From Octopus bimaculoides (lineage: Eukaryota): a DNA stretch of 54,607 nt. Positions 1 through 12,386 of this stretch are shown one piece after another (the stretch's first letter is position 1; the number at the start of each line of letters is the position of its first letter). Location of the stretch: positions 9,003,824 to 9,058,430 of the forward strand of contig NC_069001.1 of assembly GCF_001194135.2 (NCBI RefSeq), written 5' to 3'. The translations under genes were made by a program, and so were the position numbers. The notes under the pieces were generated by a model. The model did not search any database, was not told the origin of the DNA, and worked only from the letters and a program-made list of their open reading frames with translations.

Positions 1-112
1 ATATATACATAAATGCATACATATACATATACACATGCACACTTATACACACATACATATATACATACTACTTTTACATATCAATACAAACACTTATACA
101 AATACACACATC

Positions 113-310
113 ACGGGGAAGTAAACTCACCAGCATCGGTTGTCAAGCGATGGTAGTGACGGTCAAACATAGACACAAAGATACACACACACATAAATAT
201 ATACATACCTATATACGACGGGCTTCTTTCAGTTTCCTTTCACCAATTTCACTCACTGGGCTTTGGTCGGCCCGAGGCTGTAATAGAAGACTCTTAGCTA
301 AGGTGCCACA
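113..310 (-). mobile_element. SINE family B, partial
   Basis: Similar to 18131-18391 (CATCGGTTGTCAAGC, GGGCTTCTTTCAGTTTCC, TTTGGTCGGCCCGAGGCT). Confidence 0.75.
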
Positions 311-890
311 TATTGGATGAGTGCATACAAACAAACATATATACATACATAAATACATATTTATGTCCTATAGTTAAAGTATTCAGTAATTTTTCGGTTT
401 AATGTAAAATTTTCATTATAACACGACATACAAACATTTATGTATATATGTATGCTTTCATATGTTTGTGTGTGTTGTTGTGTGCGTGGTTCACTTAACA
501 CACACGTGCTAATCCATTATCAGATCAATAAAAAAAGGAAAAATATTGATTGTTGTGACAAACTATATTCATCAGGATGTGCTACATATAAAGTCAATCG
601 ATTAAACCTAAGCTTGCTAACCAACTGTAAACGTACTGTTTACATCTTGAATAATCGCTGCTTTGCCGTGTTTCTGTTGACATTCGCTTGTGTAATGTGT
701 TCTCAAATCCCAGGCTGACCCTGGACTAGCCAATCCACGAATTAGATCTTTCCAAATACGACCATCCCTTCTATTTTGGATGATGTCTAGGACTACGTTA
801 TCTAATACGTCCTTTACCCTTTGAAGTGGTGTGGTCTGATTCGAAAGAAATTTGGCTACTATTTCTCGCTGTTCAAGTAACTAGTCAAAG

Positions 891-1335
891 GAACAAGGCC
901 AGCAATTTCGAGGAAGGTTGTAAATCGATTATATCGACCCTAATGCTCAAAAGGCACTTATTTTATTGAATCCGAAAGGATGAAAGGTAGAGTCCACCTC
1001 GGCGGAATTTGAATTCAGAATGTAAAGACAGGTGAAATATCACTATGCAATTTTTTCGGCATGCCAACGATTCTGTCAGCTTGCCGCCTTCATTGTAATG
1101 ATGATTTCAAATTTTGTCTCAAGGCCAGCAATTTCGGGAATGAGTGGGAGTGGGTGGGGTGGGGGTGGTAAATCGATTCCATCGGGCCCAGTGCTCAACT
1201 GGTACTTATTTTATTGACCGTGGAAGGTTGAAAGGCGAAGTCAGTCTCGGCGGAATATGAACTCACAGCATAAAGACGGGCGAAATGCTGCTAAGAGTCT
1301 GGCACGACGTGCCAACCATTCTGCAGATCGTCGCC
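891..1335 (-). mobile_element. Two tandem copies of tRNA-derived SINE family A
   Basis: Each has GAAAGGATGAAAGG..CCTCGGCGGAATTTGAA(C/T)TCAG (B-box-like GAGTTCAAAT on the minus strand) and ends in GCCGCC or GTCGCC. Confidence 0.8.
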
Positions 1336-4300
1336 TTAGTTGTAATAATGATCTCTGTATTAAATATGCTAACTTATCTACCTATCTCTCAATCAGTCTG
1401 TATATATGTACGCACGTATGTAATGGAAGTCATTATTCAGTTTTATTTCAAGATTCCTTGCCACCAGAGAAAGAGTCGGTTTCTTATCTAGATCCAAGAC
1501 TCCTTCAGTGGAATTTCAACATCAACAGGGTTTTTTTTTACATGTACGTACGTACGCATGTATGTATGTCTATGTATCTGTCTCACCACATATATATTTC
1601 AGCTCCGCTATTTAATGTCCCATGTATCAAAATACGTGAATGCTATCTTGCCTATCTTTCACTTGGTCTGAATATCTAGCCGTCTCATCACACATTTATT
1701 TCTAGTTAGCATGTGAATGTCCTCTTCATTAAATGTGTTAACCCTAACTTTATCTATCTATCTATCTGTCTATCTATCTATCTCACCCTATAATTATTTC
1801 TAGTTAGCTATTTAATGCTCCATGTATTAAACATGTCAACACTAACTCAATTAAGGCGTGGATAGCCGAATTGATAGAAGGACCAGCTAACAGGTTATCA
1901 TTTTGTCATTTCCCTTCTATTCCAGTTATGACTGTCACCAAAACACAAAAGGTGGACGTGGAGTTATAGTTTATAAAAATAACAATAATAACAAAAACAC
2001 CAACAGCTGTAACTAATTATGTAGATAGGGGCAAACTAGTAAAATTGTTATATTGTTGAGGGTTTACTTCATTAGCGTGCAGTGCCGATTTCAAGTTCAC
2101 ATATGTTCCTGCAGAATATTCTGAAGAAACAAATGTTGAGCTAGCCACGTCAATTGAGCAAGAGTACCAACTGATGTTTCCTGAGTTGGTTTTAAAAAAA
2201 ACTGGCCTTGATTGTTATTATTGTTGTTGATATCGATTTTGTTGTTATCCGTGTTAAGCTGTGAAATCTGTTCAAAGTAGCCAAATAATAAATTTAAAAA
2301 GCGAGACAGTGGTCAACTCCTAATAATACTACACTGGAAGTCGTTCGTTGTGATCAATTTGATAAATGCCTTGTCTTCAGCATGCACAGATCGTAAACGT
2401 GTGGATAAGTTTGTTGTTTCATCAGAAAACGTTTATATTTGAGTCTCAACAGACTAGAATTATTCGGGCTCTTCGTGACGTCTATAAGACGCCTCAAATA
2501 TCACACTGCCATGGACCTACATACTCAACTTTAAGTAAATGTTATATACCCCCTCCCCCCGCCTCCTATCTCTCTCCCTCTCTTATAGTATAATCTTTTA
2601 GATATTGTGATCGGTGTTCGCATGTGCTAACAGGATTCATGGTTCGTTGATAATACCTTCGGGCTTGAAATGCTCATTTCTTTCAACTGTCAGGGAGTGG
2701 CTTTTGTTTTTCACTCGTTTACATTAGTTGATATTTGATTTTTTGCATTCTGTTCTTGCTATTAATATTAATACCACTTACATTATTAATAGCCAGGTTT
2801 TCTGGGGAATTCTCTGTTAGATCGATGTATTATTCAATAATGTTTTCCTGTTGCTTTTCATTGGGAATAGATGGTGAACGGGCGAGAAAGACACTGGGAT
2901 GTGATTTCAGGGGATTTGGATTCTACTTCTATAGTCTGGAAGACTGGAAGGGGACATTAGCTAATGTAGTACTAGATACACTTTGTCTCTTATCTTTGGA
3001 CACGCCTAAAAGACAGGACAGTCACGATTTGAACGCCTTCGATCTTATACGTATGCCTGTTCGTTCAGAACTGACTTGGACTTCACAATAAAGAGGACAC
3101 TTAATCTAATACAGTCCTCGGTATATTGTGTCATAAGTCTCTTGGGTCGTGAGACACATGCGGAAATAAACATCAACCTCAAGCAAAGGGCAAAAGAGTG
3201 AATTGTCACTGCAACTGAACCTGGGTAATATTGACTTGGAAACATTACGTTTGGACAAATTGACTGGATGTTCGCGCTGAACATGACTTTGAACATAGAT
3301 CTACTGGATCAGGAAAATCCTTAGAAAACCAGCAGTAACAGGGAATTTCTACATGACCATTCAATTTAATAGAAATGGTACCACAATTTCACACAAATTA
3401 CAACCTACCATCTTAATAGGTGTCCTGTGAATTGGGGGAGTTGTTACACAAAATGCCTCGTGATATTTGTTCTGATTCTCTGCGCTTTGACTTCAAATCC
3501 CACAGAAGTCATCCTTGCCTTTCATCCTTTCGGTATTAGTAAACAAAGTATCAATCAGAGGCTATGGAGTAGTGGAATTTTTAAAGCATCGAGTGAGATG
3601 ACTTGCGGTCAGTATATGTTTTTTAGCATTCAGAAATAAACAGTATATATTCTAGCGACATCTAAAATGACACTAATGTCAAATTGCACCGATCATTATG
3701 CTTCACTTGGCCAATATCGGTGAAGGTAGGGCGGGGAAGATGTGCATACAGGGGTAATTCTTAGTCTTCCATGAAAATAAACTTTCCAAGACCCGTTCTT
3801 TTTATAAGAACCTTTTAGGTACAAATCTATGGCTTGAAGGTACATGGGGTGCACCCACACCAACATATCCCGAAATAGATAGGATTGTCATGCATGAAAT
3901 GCTTTTGGTCACAGCTCTACTCGACAAAGAGGTGACCTAGGATTTAATTAACAATTTTTAAAGCACCAGTCCCTCCCCGTCTTAACCTCACCCAAGAAAT
4001 CCTTTAAAAATGTGATGAGTACGGTTGGAATGCCTTAGAGAAATCGTTCTACTCAATTTGGGTTGACCTGGGGTTTAAAACAATCTTCAAAGCACCAATT
4101 CTAACCCCGTCTTCACCCCACCCCTACACACATCCACCCACTCACACATTGCCACCAAGATGGCATCTCAACTATTGCAGTCTGTTTCTGGCCCACTGAC
4201 CATCGGCCAGTTGTTTATAATTAACCCGAGGTGTGTGGAGATATTTGGCTATGCCAACTTGAGTTGCAGATATTTTAATTATTAGTTTGTCAACTGACAC

Positions 4301-4552
4301 CCCTCCTACACACACATGCACACACTCACACATCCACCCCGGTTGATTATGGTTAAGTTACAGCGGGGTGGGGACGTGTTGAAGTAAAGTAGACTCTACG
4401 TGGATACGGTCGATAAAAAAAAAGTCCCAGGTGGTGAGTGTTTGAGTGTGTATTTGGGTTGGTGGGTGGTGGAGGGAGTTGAATGCCATGTTTGGTCGGT
4501 ACATTCGCGGAGGCGCGAAAGCGTGTATATGTATGTATATATGCATGTATGT

Positions 4553-4602
<50 letters not shown>

Positions 4603-5469
4603 ATGTATATATATATATATATATATATATGAGTGCACATATGCGTGGGTGCTGGTGTATGTATTTGTGTGTCCGTGTGTATATGTGTGTATATATGTAT
4701 GAGTATTTGCATACGCATGGGTGGTAGTGTATACATATATGGCTGGGTTTTACTGTATGTACATATGTATGAATGACTGTATGTACGTATGTATGTGTGT
4801 ATGTATATATGTATGTGTGCATACATGTATGCATGTTTGGTTATATGTATATATGTATGTATGCACGTGCGTTAGTAATGTTAGTATGCAAGTGGTGTAT
4901 GTATCATTAGGTGTGTTTTTCTATGTGTGTATATATGTATGTGTATGTTTGTGCGCGCGCGAGTGGTTGTGGGCAGTGTCCGAATACAGCGAGTGTGCAG
5001 CATTGTGCAGTACATGTATTTTCAAAATGCATGTATGCAGTGAGTGTGTGTGTGTATGTGTGTATAGATGTGTGTATAGATGTGTGTATGTGTGTATAGA
5101 TGTGTGTGTGTGTACGTAAGTTGGAATAACTATATTACGTGTGTGAGGAATAATTTCTTGTTTTTCGAAAACACTCATTGCACAGCCAGTGCACTTTCAG
5201 TCGGATCGAGTACGAGTCCCAGGTCATCGGTGCAAACAGGTAACCTCCATTTCACGGTAGGATAATTTCAAATCTTTTAACGCCTCCTTCTACATTGGAG
5301 TTACAAATAACAACCCAATGAGGGAGAATGTATATAGTCACTCGGCCAACTAAAAATAGCAGCTTCATCTCTCTTGGATCCACACTCTGCTAGTTAACAA
5401 TAATAATAATAATAATATTGACAATAATAATAATTAAAAAAGCAACAATAACAACAATCATTCTTTCTA

Positions 5470-6290
5470 TTATAGGAACAAGGCCTGGAATTTGTGGGAA
5501 GAGACATATTGAATTACATCGACCCCAGTACCTGACTGGTTCTTAATTTATGGACCCCGAAAGGATGAAAGGCAAAGTCGACCGGGGCGGAATTTGAACT
5601 CAGAACGTAGCAACAAGTGAAATACCGCTAACCTTTTCACCCGGCGTGCTAACGATTCTTATTTCTTTATTGCCCACAAGGGGATAAACATAGAGGGAAC
5701 AACCAAGGACAGACGAAGGGATTAAGTCGATTACATCGACCCCAGTGCGTAACTTAATTTATCGACTCCGAGAGGATGAAAGGCAAAGTCAACCTCGGCG
5801 GAATTTGAACTCAGAACGTAACGGCAGACGAAATTCCGCTAAGCATTTCGCCCGGCGTGCTAACGATTCTGCCAGCTCGTCGCCTTAGACAATAACAACA
5901 ATAATGATTTCAAAGTTTAGCACAGGGCTAGCAATTTCGGGAGAGAGGGCAAGTCGATTAGATCGACTCCAGTGCTCAACTGGTACTTATTTAATCGAAC
6001 CTGAAATGATGAAAGGTAAAGTTGAGCTCGGTGAAATTTGAATTACTGTATAAAGACGGACGAAATGCCGCTAAGCATTGTATTCGACGTGCTTACGACT
6101 CTCCCAGCTCGCCACCTTTATAACAATAATAATAATTCTGCTATAGGCACAAGGCCTGAAATATTAGGAGAAGGGGAGAGTCGATTACATCGACATCATT
6201 ATTTAGCGGGTACTTGCTTTATCGACTCCGCTAGGAGGAAAGAGGAAAGGAAAAGTCGACTTCGGCGGATTTTGAACTCAGAACATGAAG
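5470..6290 (-). mobile_element. Head-to-tail array of four SINE-A copies (~5470-5660, 5661-5885, 5905-6117, 6140-6290)
   Basis: Repeated GAAAGGCAAAGTC(G/A)ACC..GGCGGAATTTGAACTCAGAAC block separated by short (AAT/AAC)n. Confidence 0.85.
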
Positions 6291-6478
6291 ACATATATAT
6301 ACGCATAGATGCATGCATATATANNNNNNNNNNNNNNNNNNNNNNNNNNNNNNNNNNNNNNNNNNNNNNNNNNNNNNNNNTATATATGGTTCAAAAGTAC
6401 AGAAATGAAAGAACAGGGTCAGGTGAGGGAACGACAAGCAGGTGCTTTATTTTTGACGGTCAGGAAAAAAGGAGAAGT

Positions 6479-6514
6479 CTTTGACGTTTCAAGCCTACGC
6501 TCTTCGACAGAAAG
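6479..6514 (-). ncRNA. Minimal type I hammerhead ribozyme-like motif (one core substitution)
   Basis: Minus strand CTTT-CTGTCGA-A-GAGC-GTAG-GCTT-GAAACGTC-AAAG. Stem I is CTTT/AAAG, stem II is GAGC/GCTT, the palindromic ACGT forms stem III, and there is a GUC cleavage triplet. Core A6 is replaced by U. Confidence 0.55.
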
Positions 6515-6639
6515 CGATGAGAGGAAAAAACGAAGAGAGAAATGGAGAGAAAAATGTGTCGGGATTAACTGTTCCACATCTTGAAATGTTGAAATACTCG
6601 CATACACACATACACACATACACACACACATGGTGACTT

Positions 6640-7520
6640 TGGGTGAGAACTATGCTCTCAGTATTCAAGCAGGTTTTACATCCTTCTGAGTGTTGTTTTC
6701 ATTTTAAGAAAATCTGTCAATTGCTTTCATTGGCTGGTCTCTATATTAAGGTGTCGTCTGTAGTTACCATCGTTTCTTTCCGTTTTTTTTCTTTTTTTTG
6801 CTTTCTTTTCATATCCGGTTTTCTTGGAGTGGTATTTTTCTGAAATGTATGTGCATGTCATTGACCATTAGCCAATTCTGCCGATGATCTCTTTCAGCTT
6901 TTAAACTGCGTAATGTCATCTTGTCTTGCTAAGAATTGCTTTGTCCTTTGTTTTGCTAGAGTTCATTATTTGTTGAGCACTATTCATTGGTCGTTTTACT
7001 AATTATCATCAATTTGTCTGCTGATTATATTCAGATCCTGTTTTGCTAATGTTCTGTCTTATTCATAAATAGTCTTTTTATATCCGAAAACACTAAAGTT
7101 TATACTCTCTGTCTGGTGGGGGACTACACTTTTATAACTCCTGCTTTTAACTGTTTTTATTTTCCGTGGGTTAACTTCATTCATTGTTTAAATTAGTTTT
7201 GACATCGTTCTGCGCTATTGCTATTTACCTAGTATGCATTTCAGACCAGATTTTATAAATGAATTTATTTTGCTGTCTGCAACGTGACAATATTTTCTTT
7301 TCTACTGTTGAATGGGCATATTCGTTTCATAGACATGTTAAGATATAGTTTTCTGTAGTGCGTTGGGGATATATTACAGAAAGGCTTGTTCAAGGAGTGA
7401 TACTAAATTTAGATTTATATTTACAATATTCCAAATATGCTTCGATCTGTCGAAGCAAATCTGCAGTTCTTTCATAAACATTACAGAACCTGTTATCTAC
7501 GTATAACTAACTTTGAAGGT
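6640..7520 (-). mobile_element. Highly decayed Penelope-like element relic (RT end, linker, Zn-finger)
   Basis: Stop-riddled minus-strand peptides YVDNRF (YVDD-like), CPFNS (YLPFNS-like), TYISEKYH and GCKTC lie in the expected order, with a hammerhead motif downstream. Confidence 0.5.
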
Positions 7521-7564
7521 TCGGCTTATAGATTCCTTACACTTTTTGTCATTTTGTCTCCCTT

Positions 7565-7749
7565 GTAATATTGGGGAGGATGTAAGTCGGTTAAATCAAT
7601 CCCTGTGCTCAATTTGTACTTATTTTATCGACTCTGAAAGGATGAAAAGTAAAATCGACCTCGGCGGCATTTGAACTCAGAATGTAAAGACGGAAGAAAT
7701 GCCGCGAAGCATTTTCCCCGACGTGCTAACGAGTCTGCCAGCTCGCTGC
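7565..7749 (-). mobile_element. SINE-A copy
   Basis: GAAAGGATGAAAAG..CGACCTCGGCGGCATTTGAACTCAG..TGCCAGCTCGC. Confidence 0.8.
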
Positions 7750-8213
7750 ATTTATCTCCTTTGTGATATTGTTTAGTCTATTTTCGACTATGATCGGAAT
7801 ATTCTTTTGTGTAGAGCAGGACTTCGTCGAGCTTTTTATAATGTTAAGATTGACTTGTGATTAAAAGGTTCTTTGATAAGAAACGATAGACATACAAACA
7901 ATTTCAGAGTGGCGATTTTTGAAAAAACCTTTGAGAAATAGCGATTGACTGACGCATCTAATCAACAGCGTTATCTTTAAATATCTTTAAATAGATCTTC
8001 TTCCGCCGATGAACGTTTGATGCATCAGTTTGATAATAAAATTAACCAGAAGGTGATTAACTTAATTATCTTTCTCGTATACTGACAAACTTTAGCATTT
8101 AAATGTATGTGTGTGTCTGTGTGTGTATGTGCGTGTGTACCTCTGTGTGTATTACAATATACACACACATACATGCATGTACATTATATACATACGTGTA
8201 TACACGTATGTGC

Positions 8214-8285
<72 letters not shown>

Positions 8286-8289
8286 GTTG

Positions 8290-9415
8290 TCGTTATTCTG
8301 AAAGACTCTCGGATAGTTCTTAATTACCGGTTAACCTTTACTTGAAATTAGGCAATAATAAATCACCAAAGGTTTCAAGTAGTGCCTTCTCCTGTGACTC
8401 AAAGAGACAATACTCTCCTTAGAATGCGAGCTGTACCCGACAATGCTGTCTTCTGGATCACCTCGAGCAAGACAGTAGCTCCAATATTCTTAATATACAT
8501 TCAAAGCCCCTGGAAACTGCTCCTAATGCTCAAATTACCACCGGTTTCACCATTACTTTCCTCATGCCCCAAAACTTTCCTATCTCGTCCCGCAGTGGCT
8601 GGTATTTCTCAATCGTTTGTTTCCTTAATTTCACCCTCTAATCGCCTAGTATATCAGCATCTATTACCTTTTTTTCTTTTTCATGTTATCGATGATCACG
8701 ATATCTGGTCGTCTCGCCTCTATGGCTTAGTCGCACTGCATGTTAAAATCCCAGAGTATTTTGTAACGTTCGCTTACCATTACTTCCCCTGGCTTGTGTT
8801 CACACCATTGTTCAGCTCTCTCGAGGTTTGCTTTACCGCACAACATCCAGTGGGCATATCTGACCACATTGTCGTGTCTCCTTTTGTATTCACGTTGCGC
8901 GAGTTTACAGCACTCACTAACGATATGGCTGATACTTTCTTCTTTCTCAGAGCACATCCTACACTGTGGCGAGTCAATGCTTTTATCAATGTGATATTTG
9001 GAGTAGTTTTTTCTGAGAGCTTGTTCTTGAGCACTGCACACTAATACCTCAGTAGGCCCTTTTAAGTCTCCTTTCTGCTGTCATTACTAGGTTCTATTCT
9101 AATCAATCTCATCTGCCAGATTTTCTTCATCTACTCTTTCTGGTCTTTCTTAAATTGTGTTAAATCTACGGCTTCGTTCACTTTTAAGCTTCCCTGCATT
9201 TTCACTGCTTCAAACATTTCTTCTTTACTCCCCTTGACATACCAAGCCAAGCTATTCCCCTCTTCCCTTGCACAACCTTCACAACACACCAATCCCCGTC
9301 CTCCTTCTTTCCTATTTACATACAATCTTGACACATCACTCTTAGGCTGTAGTTCCTTGCTCATTGTCATTAATTTACGTGTTCTCTGGACTATCTCTTG
9401 CAATTCGTACTTCAT
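8290..9415 (-). mobile_element. 5'-truncated R4/Dong-like non-LTR retrotransposon (RT thumb, CCHC knuckle, REL endonuclease, 3' UTR)
   Basis: RTRKLMT..PKSDVSRLYVNRKEGGRGL; CRMCSEKEESISHIVSEC..EYKRRHDNV; KILWDFNMQCD; GTARILRRVLSL-stop at 8401-8399; flanked by (AAT)n on both sides. Confidence 0.88.
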
Positions 9416-9712
9416 GATTATTATTATTATTATTGTTGTTGTTGTTGTTGTTGTTGTTGCTGCTGTTATTATTATCATTACTGAGTGAGAGAGCAATGTA
9501 TGCCATCAAAGTGACACCGGGGTAAGATATATGAAGCACAGTATACCCATCATGAGAACCCGTCAGATAAGGGTATACTAGGCACATGCATCACAACCAT
9601 ATGTGCACGACATAGTGATCTCATATCAAGATAAACAGCGCATGATCTTGCAGGTGAGGCCTAGTTAGAATTTTCTTCAGGTCAAATAGCTTTTCCTGCT
9701 CAAAAGGTCCCT

Positions 9713-9778
9713 GATCGAGCACCTTCCGGAGTATTCGGAGTGGTCGGCATTTATGGAACTTCTCAGCACCCCCTCGTA
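9713..9778. mobile_element. Terminal fragment of a mariner-type element inserted at TA
   Basis: GGAACTTCTCAGCACCCCCTCG-TA matches the TIR of the element at 28793-29011. Confidence 0.55.
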
Positions 9779-10590
9779 CATTGGGAGCACACTTTCCAGA
9801 AATGTAGTCATTTATGATGAGGTAAATGCCAAATTCACTAAAGTGACTGTTGATTTTGGCAGATTCCATAAGAACGTGTGAAACAGGAAAGGCACCAACC
9901 AAGAAATAAAAATCACGATTTATCGAGCAATAGTTCTCGCGTCTCTATGTTGGCGAAACGTGGAAGGTCTACCAATGTCATGCAAGGAAACTGGACCACT
10001 TACACACAAACTACTTCAGAAAAACTTTTGGCATAGAATGGCAAAACTAAAACCCGGACACTGAGGTACTCACCCGTTGCTAGCCTGCCCAGTATATACA
10101 CCATTTTGATGCAGACACTGCTCCGCTGGGTAGATCATGTAGTTCGCATGTCGGACCAACGGTTTCCAAAACACTATTAGATGGCAAACTCCAACAAGGT
10201 AAGCGCTTCCAGAGAAGCCAGAAAAAGCGCTTCCAGAGGAGAAGCCAGAAAAAATGCTTCAAAAACACTTTAAAAGCTTCTCTAAATGCTTCCAACATCA
10301 ACCATATCAGCTGAAAGTATCTAGGTCAAGACAGCGGTAGGCGGTAATCATCCGTCCACAAGAGCATGCAAACCTGTGAAGCCAAGATTCCAGCAGTTGA
10401 GCAACGGAAGTAGACCGGGGAAAACCAGCACCATCAAATCGCCAGTTATCATAATCATTCCTTCTCCACACTCCCAGAGAACATTCTGGGTGCGGTTTTA
10501 GCTGATCGGTCACCAACGTATCCACAAAGTCTAACCGAGACCCCAGGATAACCAGACGGCTCTCGTCGTCCCGTCGGCAAAACTGAACCA
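9777..10590 (+). mobile_element. RTE (BovB-like) LINE 3' fragment, degenerate
   Basis: YIGSTLSRNVVIYDEVNA..; TLLRWVDHVVRMSDQRFPK; terminal C2H2 relic PHSQRTFW..LIGHQRIHK; short 3' UTR with GTCGTC. Confidence 0.8.
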
Positions 10591-11214
10591 TTGTATTGTA
10601 AGAGATATTATTTGTACTGTGTGTTGAATTTTACATGGTAGTTTTAACTTCTCGAAATATTCCAGTACGACGATTATATACTTAATATACCAGGTGTATA
10701 TTATTTTTTTAATATATTTGTACCATTTTATTTGCTAATGTGACGAGGTAGAATGCCCTGACGATGAGTCTATCGCTCTCCATATTTTTGTTTATATAAT
10801 TTGCCTTGTCGTCGACGAAAGAGTACCTCTGTTATCCAGTGTCTAGAATCGAACCTATTCAATCCGCATCAGTAAAATGTTCTTATTTCATTTCAGAGAT
10901 ATTCTTGTAAAAGTTATTTTCGTATTTGTAATGTATCTTACTCGTTTCACTTGTGCCAGAATATATACAGCTTCATTAACCCAAGGACTGAACTCATGTC
11001 CACTTGTTAAAAGTGACACGCCTAACATTTGATGCTTAATCAACATTTAGAATAATTACATAATTGGATAACTTGGTAACTGAAAAATTAGGAGCTTTGA
11101 AATTGATTTTTCTTGGATATTTAAAGGCTCCTTTAATTCGCTAGCTTTGTACTCATATACATACGTACTTATGTACACACACAACTACACATATACACTT
11201 ACATGCATTTATAT

Positions 11215-11520
11215 GGCACTGTCACTCAGTCGGTTACGACGAGGAGGGTTCCAACGGAACAGTCTGCTCGTGAAATTAACGTGCAAGTGGCTGAGCACTC
11301 CACAGAAACGTGTACCCTTAAAGTAGTTTCCAGGGAAATTCAGTGTGACTAGGAGTGTGACAAAGCTGGCCCTTTGAAACAAAGGTACTACTCATTTTTA
11401 CCACCTGAGTGGACTGGAGCAACGTGAAATAAAGTGTCTTGCTCAAGAACACAACGCACCGCCAAGAATCGAACTTGCGACCTTACGATCGTGAGTGAAT
11501 ACTCCTATCCCCTAAGCCGT
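11215..11520 (-). mobile_element. SINE family C (head variant C2)
   Basis: Shares GAAATTAACGTGCAAGTGGCTGAGCACTCCACAGA with 21349-21726 and 38512-38750; tRNA-like head AAGTTCGATTC on the minus strand. Confidence 0.8.
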
Positions 11521-11912
11521 GTTTGGATTGGTGTGCGTGTGTGTATGTCTACACACACACACCGACTGTATCAAGCAACAACCAAGCAAAATAAAGTAGC
11601 GCTGTTTTATCCACATATTTTCTTTATAAACTATGTACGAAAATGTGCTTTATCTCTCGGCTTTAAATTTTATTGAATTTCTTGTGATTACTGTTACGTG
11701 TCTAGGCATGTCGCCGCAGCTTAACTCCAAGACTAATCCCATTTTATTTGTGACTACATTATATATTTTCCTCGTTGCTCTACAAACTTTTATCACATTT
11801 TTTTCACCTGGACGTTTTACGATAAACTTCTATTATTTCACCATTAGCTGTTGTCTACTTTTTCTACGTATTACAATTGTTTAGTTCTCAAAAACGATAA
11901 TCATCTAGAATT

Positions 11913-12010
11913 CAGGGGTTCTATACCGGGGTCCTTATGATCTTTGGAGGTCCATATAAGATTTTGTTGTTAAAATTTTATGTGCAATAAATTGTTTATA
12001 CGTCTACAAT
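11913..12010. mobile_element. hAT-like MITE end (second copy at 36771-36870)
   Basis: Starts CAGGGGTTCT..CCGGGGTCC; similar to 36771 CAGAGGGTTTCAACCAGGG..GGGGTCCAT..AAGATTT..GTTGTTAAAA. Confidence 0.45.
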
Positions 12011-12386
12011 ACACCCGGCGTACTAACGATTCTGCTGCTCTGTAGACAGAATATTATTATCAAATAAACCCTGAGTGGAGAGGATATACCGTTGATGATA
12101 TCGCAAATGGTAACGGAGGGACTTTCACGGTCCTAGTTGATTGATCGATTGACTGATTGATTAATCAAACAATCGATTAATTGGTTAAATGATTAAGTAG
12201 ATTTGAGGGAGATTTTGCAGCTACTTCTTACAGCCAATGACGTCATTAAAACTTCTCCGCGCGCTCGTTTTATTATTTTAATCTTTTTCTAATTTCATTT
12301 ATTGAGCTTTAGCCATGTGGAGGTATTACCTTCAAGGTTGTACTCAATTACAATAACACCTGTAGTTCTTTTAATTCACATCAAGT

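Noticed and set aside
2735-3340. Non-repetitive stretch with a 118-aa plus ORF and a STGSGKS (P-loop-like) peptide near 3300
   Set aside because: All six frames contain stops, no family is recognisable, and the P-loop-like string sits in a ~20-codon frame with no other NTPase motif.
3934-4124. Two diverged ~60-bp copies with 131-bp spacing
   Set aside because: An old local duplication with no further structure.
4353-5178. Many 60-400 aa ORFs rich in YI, HT, CV, MYVC or X here and at 17.5-21, 31.6-32.1, 40.6-41.8 and 44.5-54.5 kb
   Set aside because: Translations of (TA)n, (CA)n and (ATAC)n microsatellites or of N-gaps; not genes.
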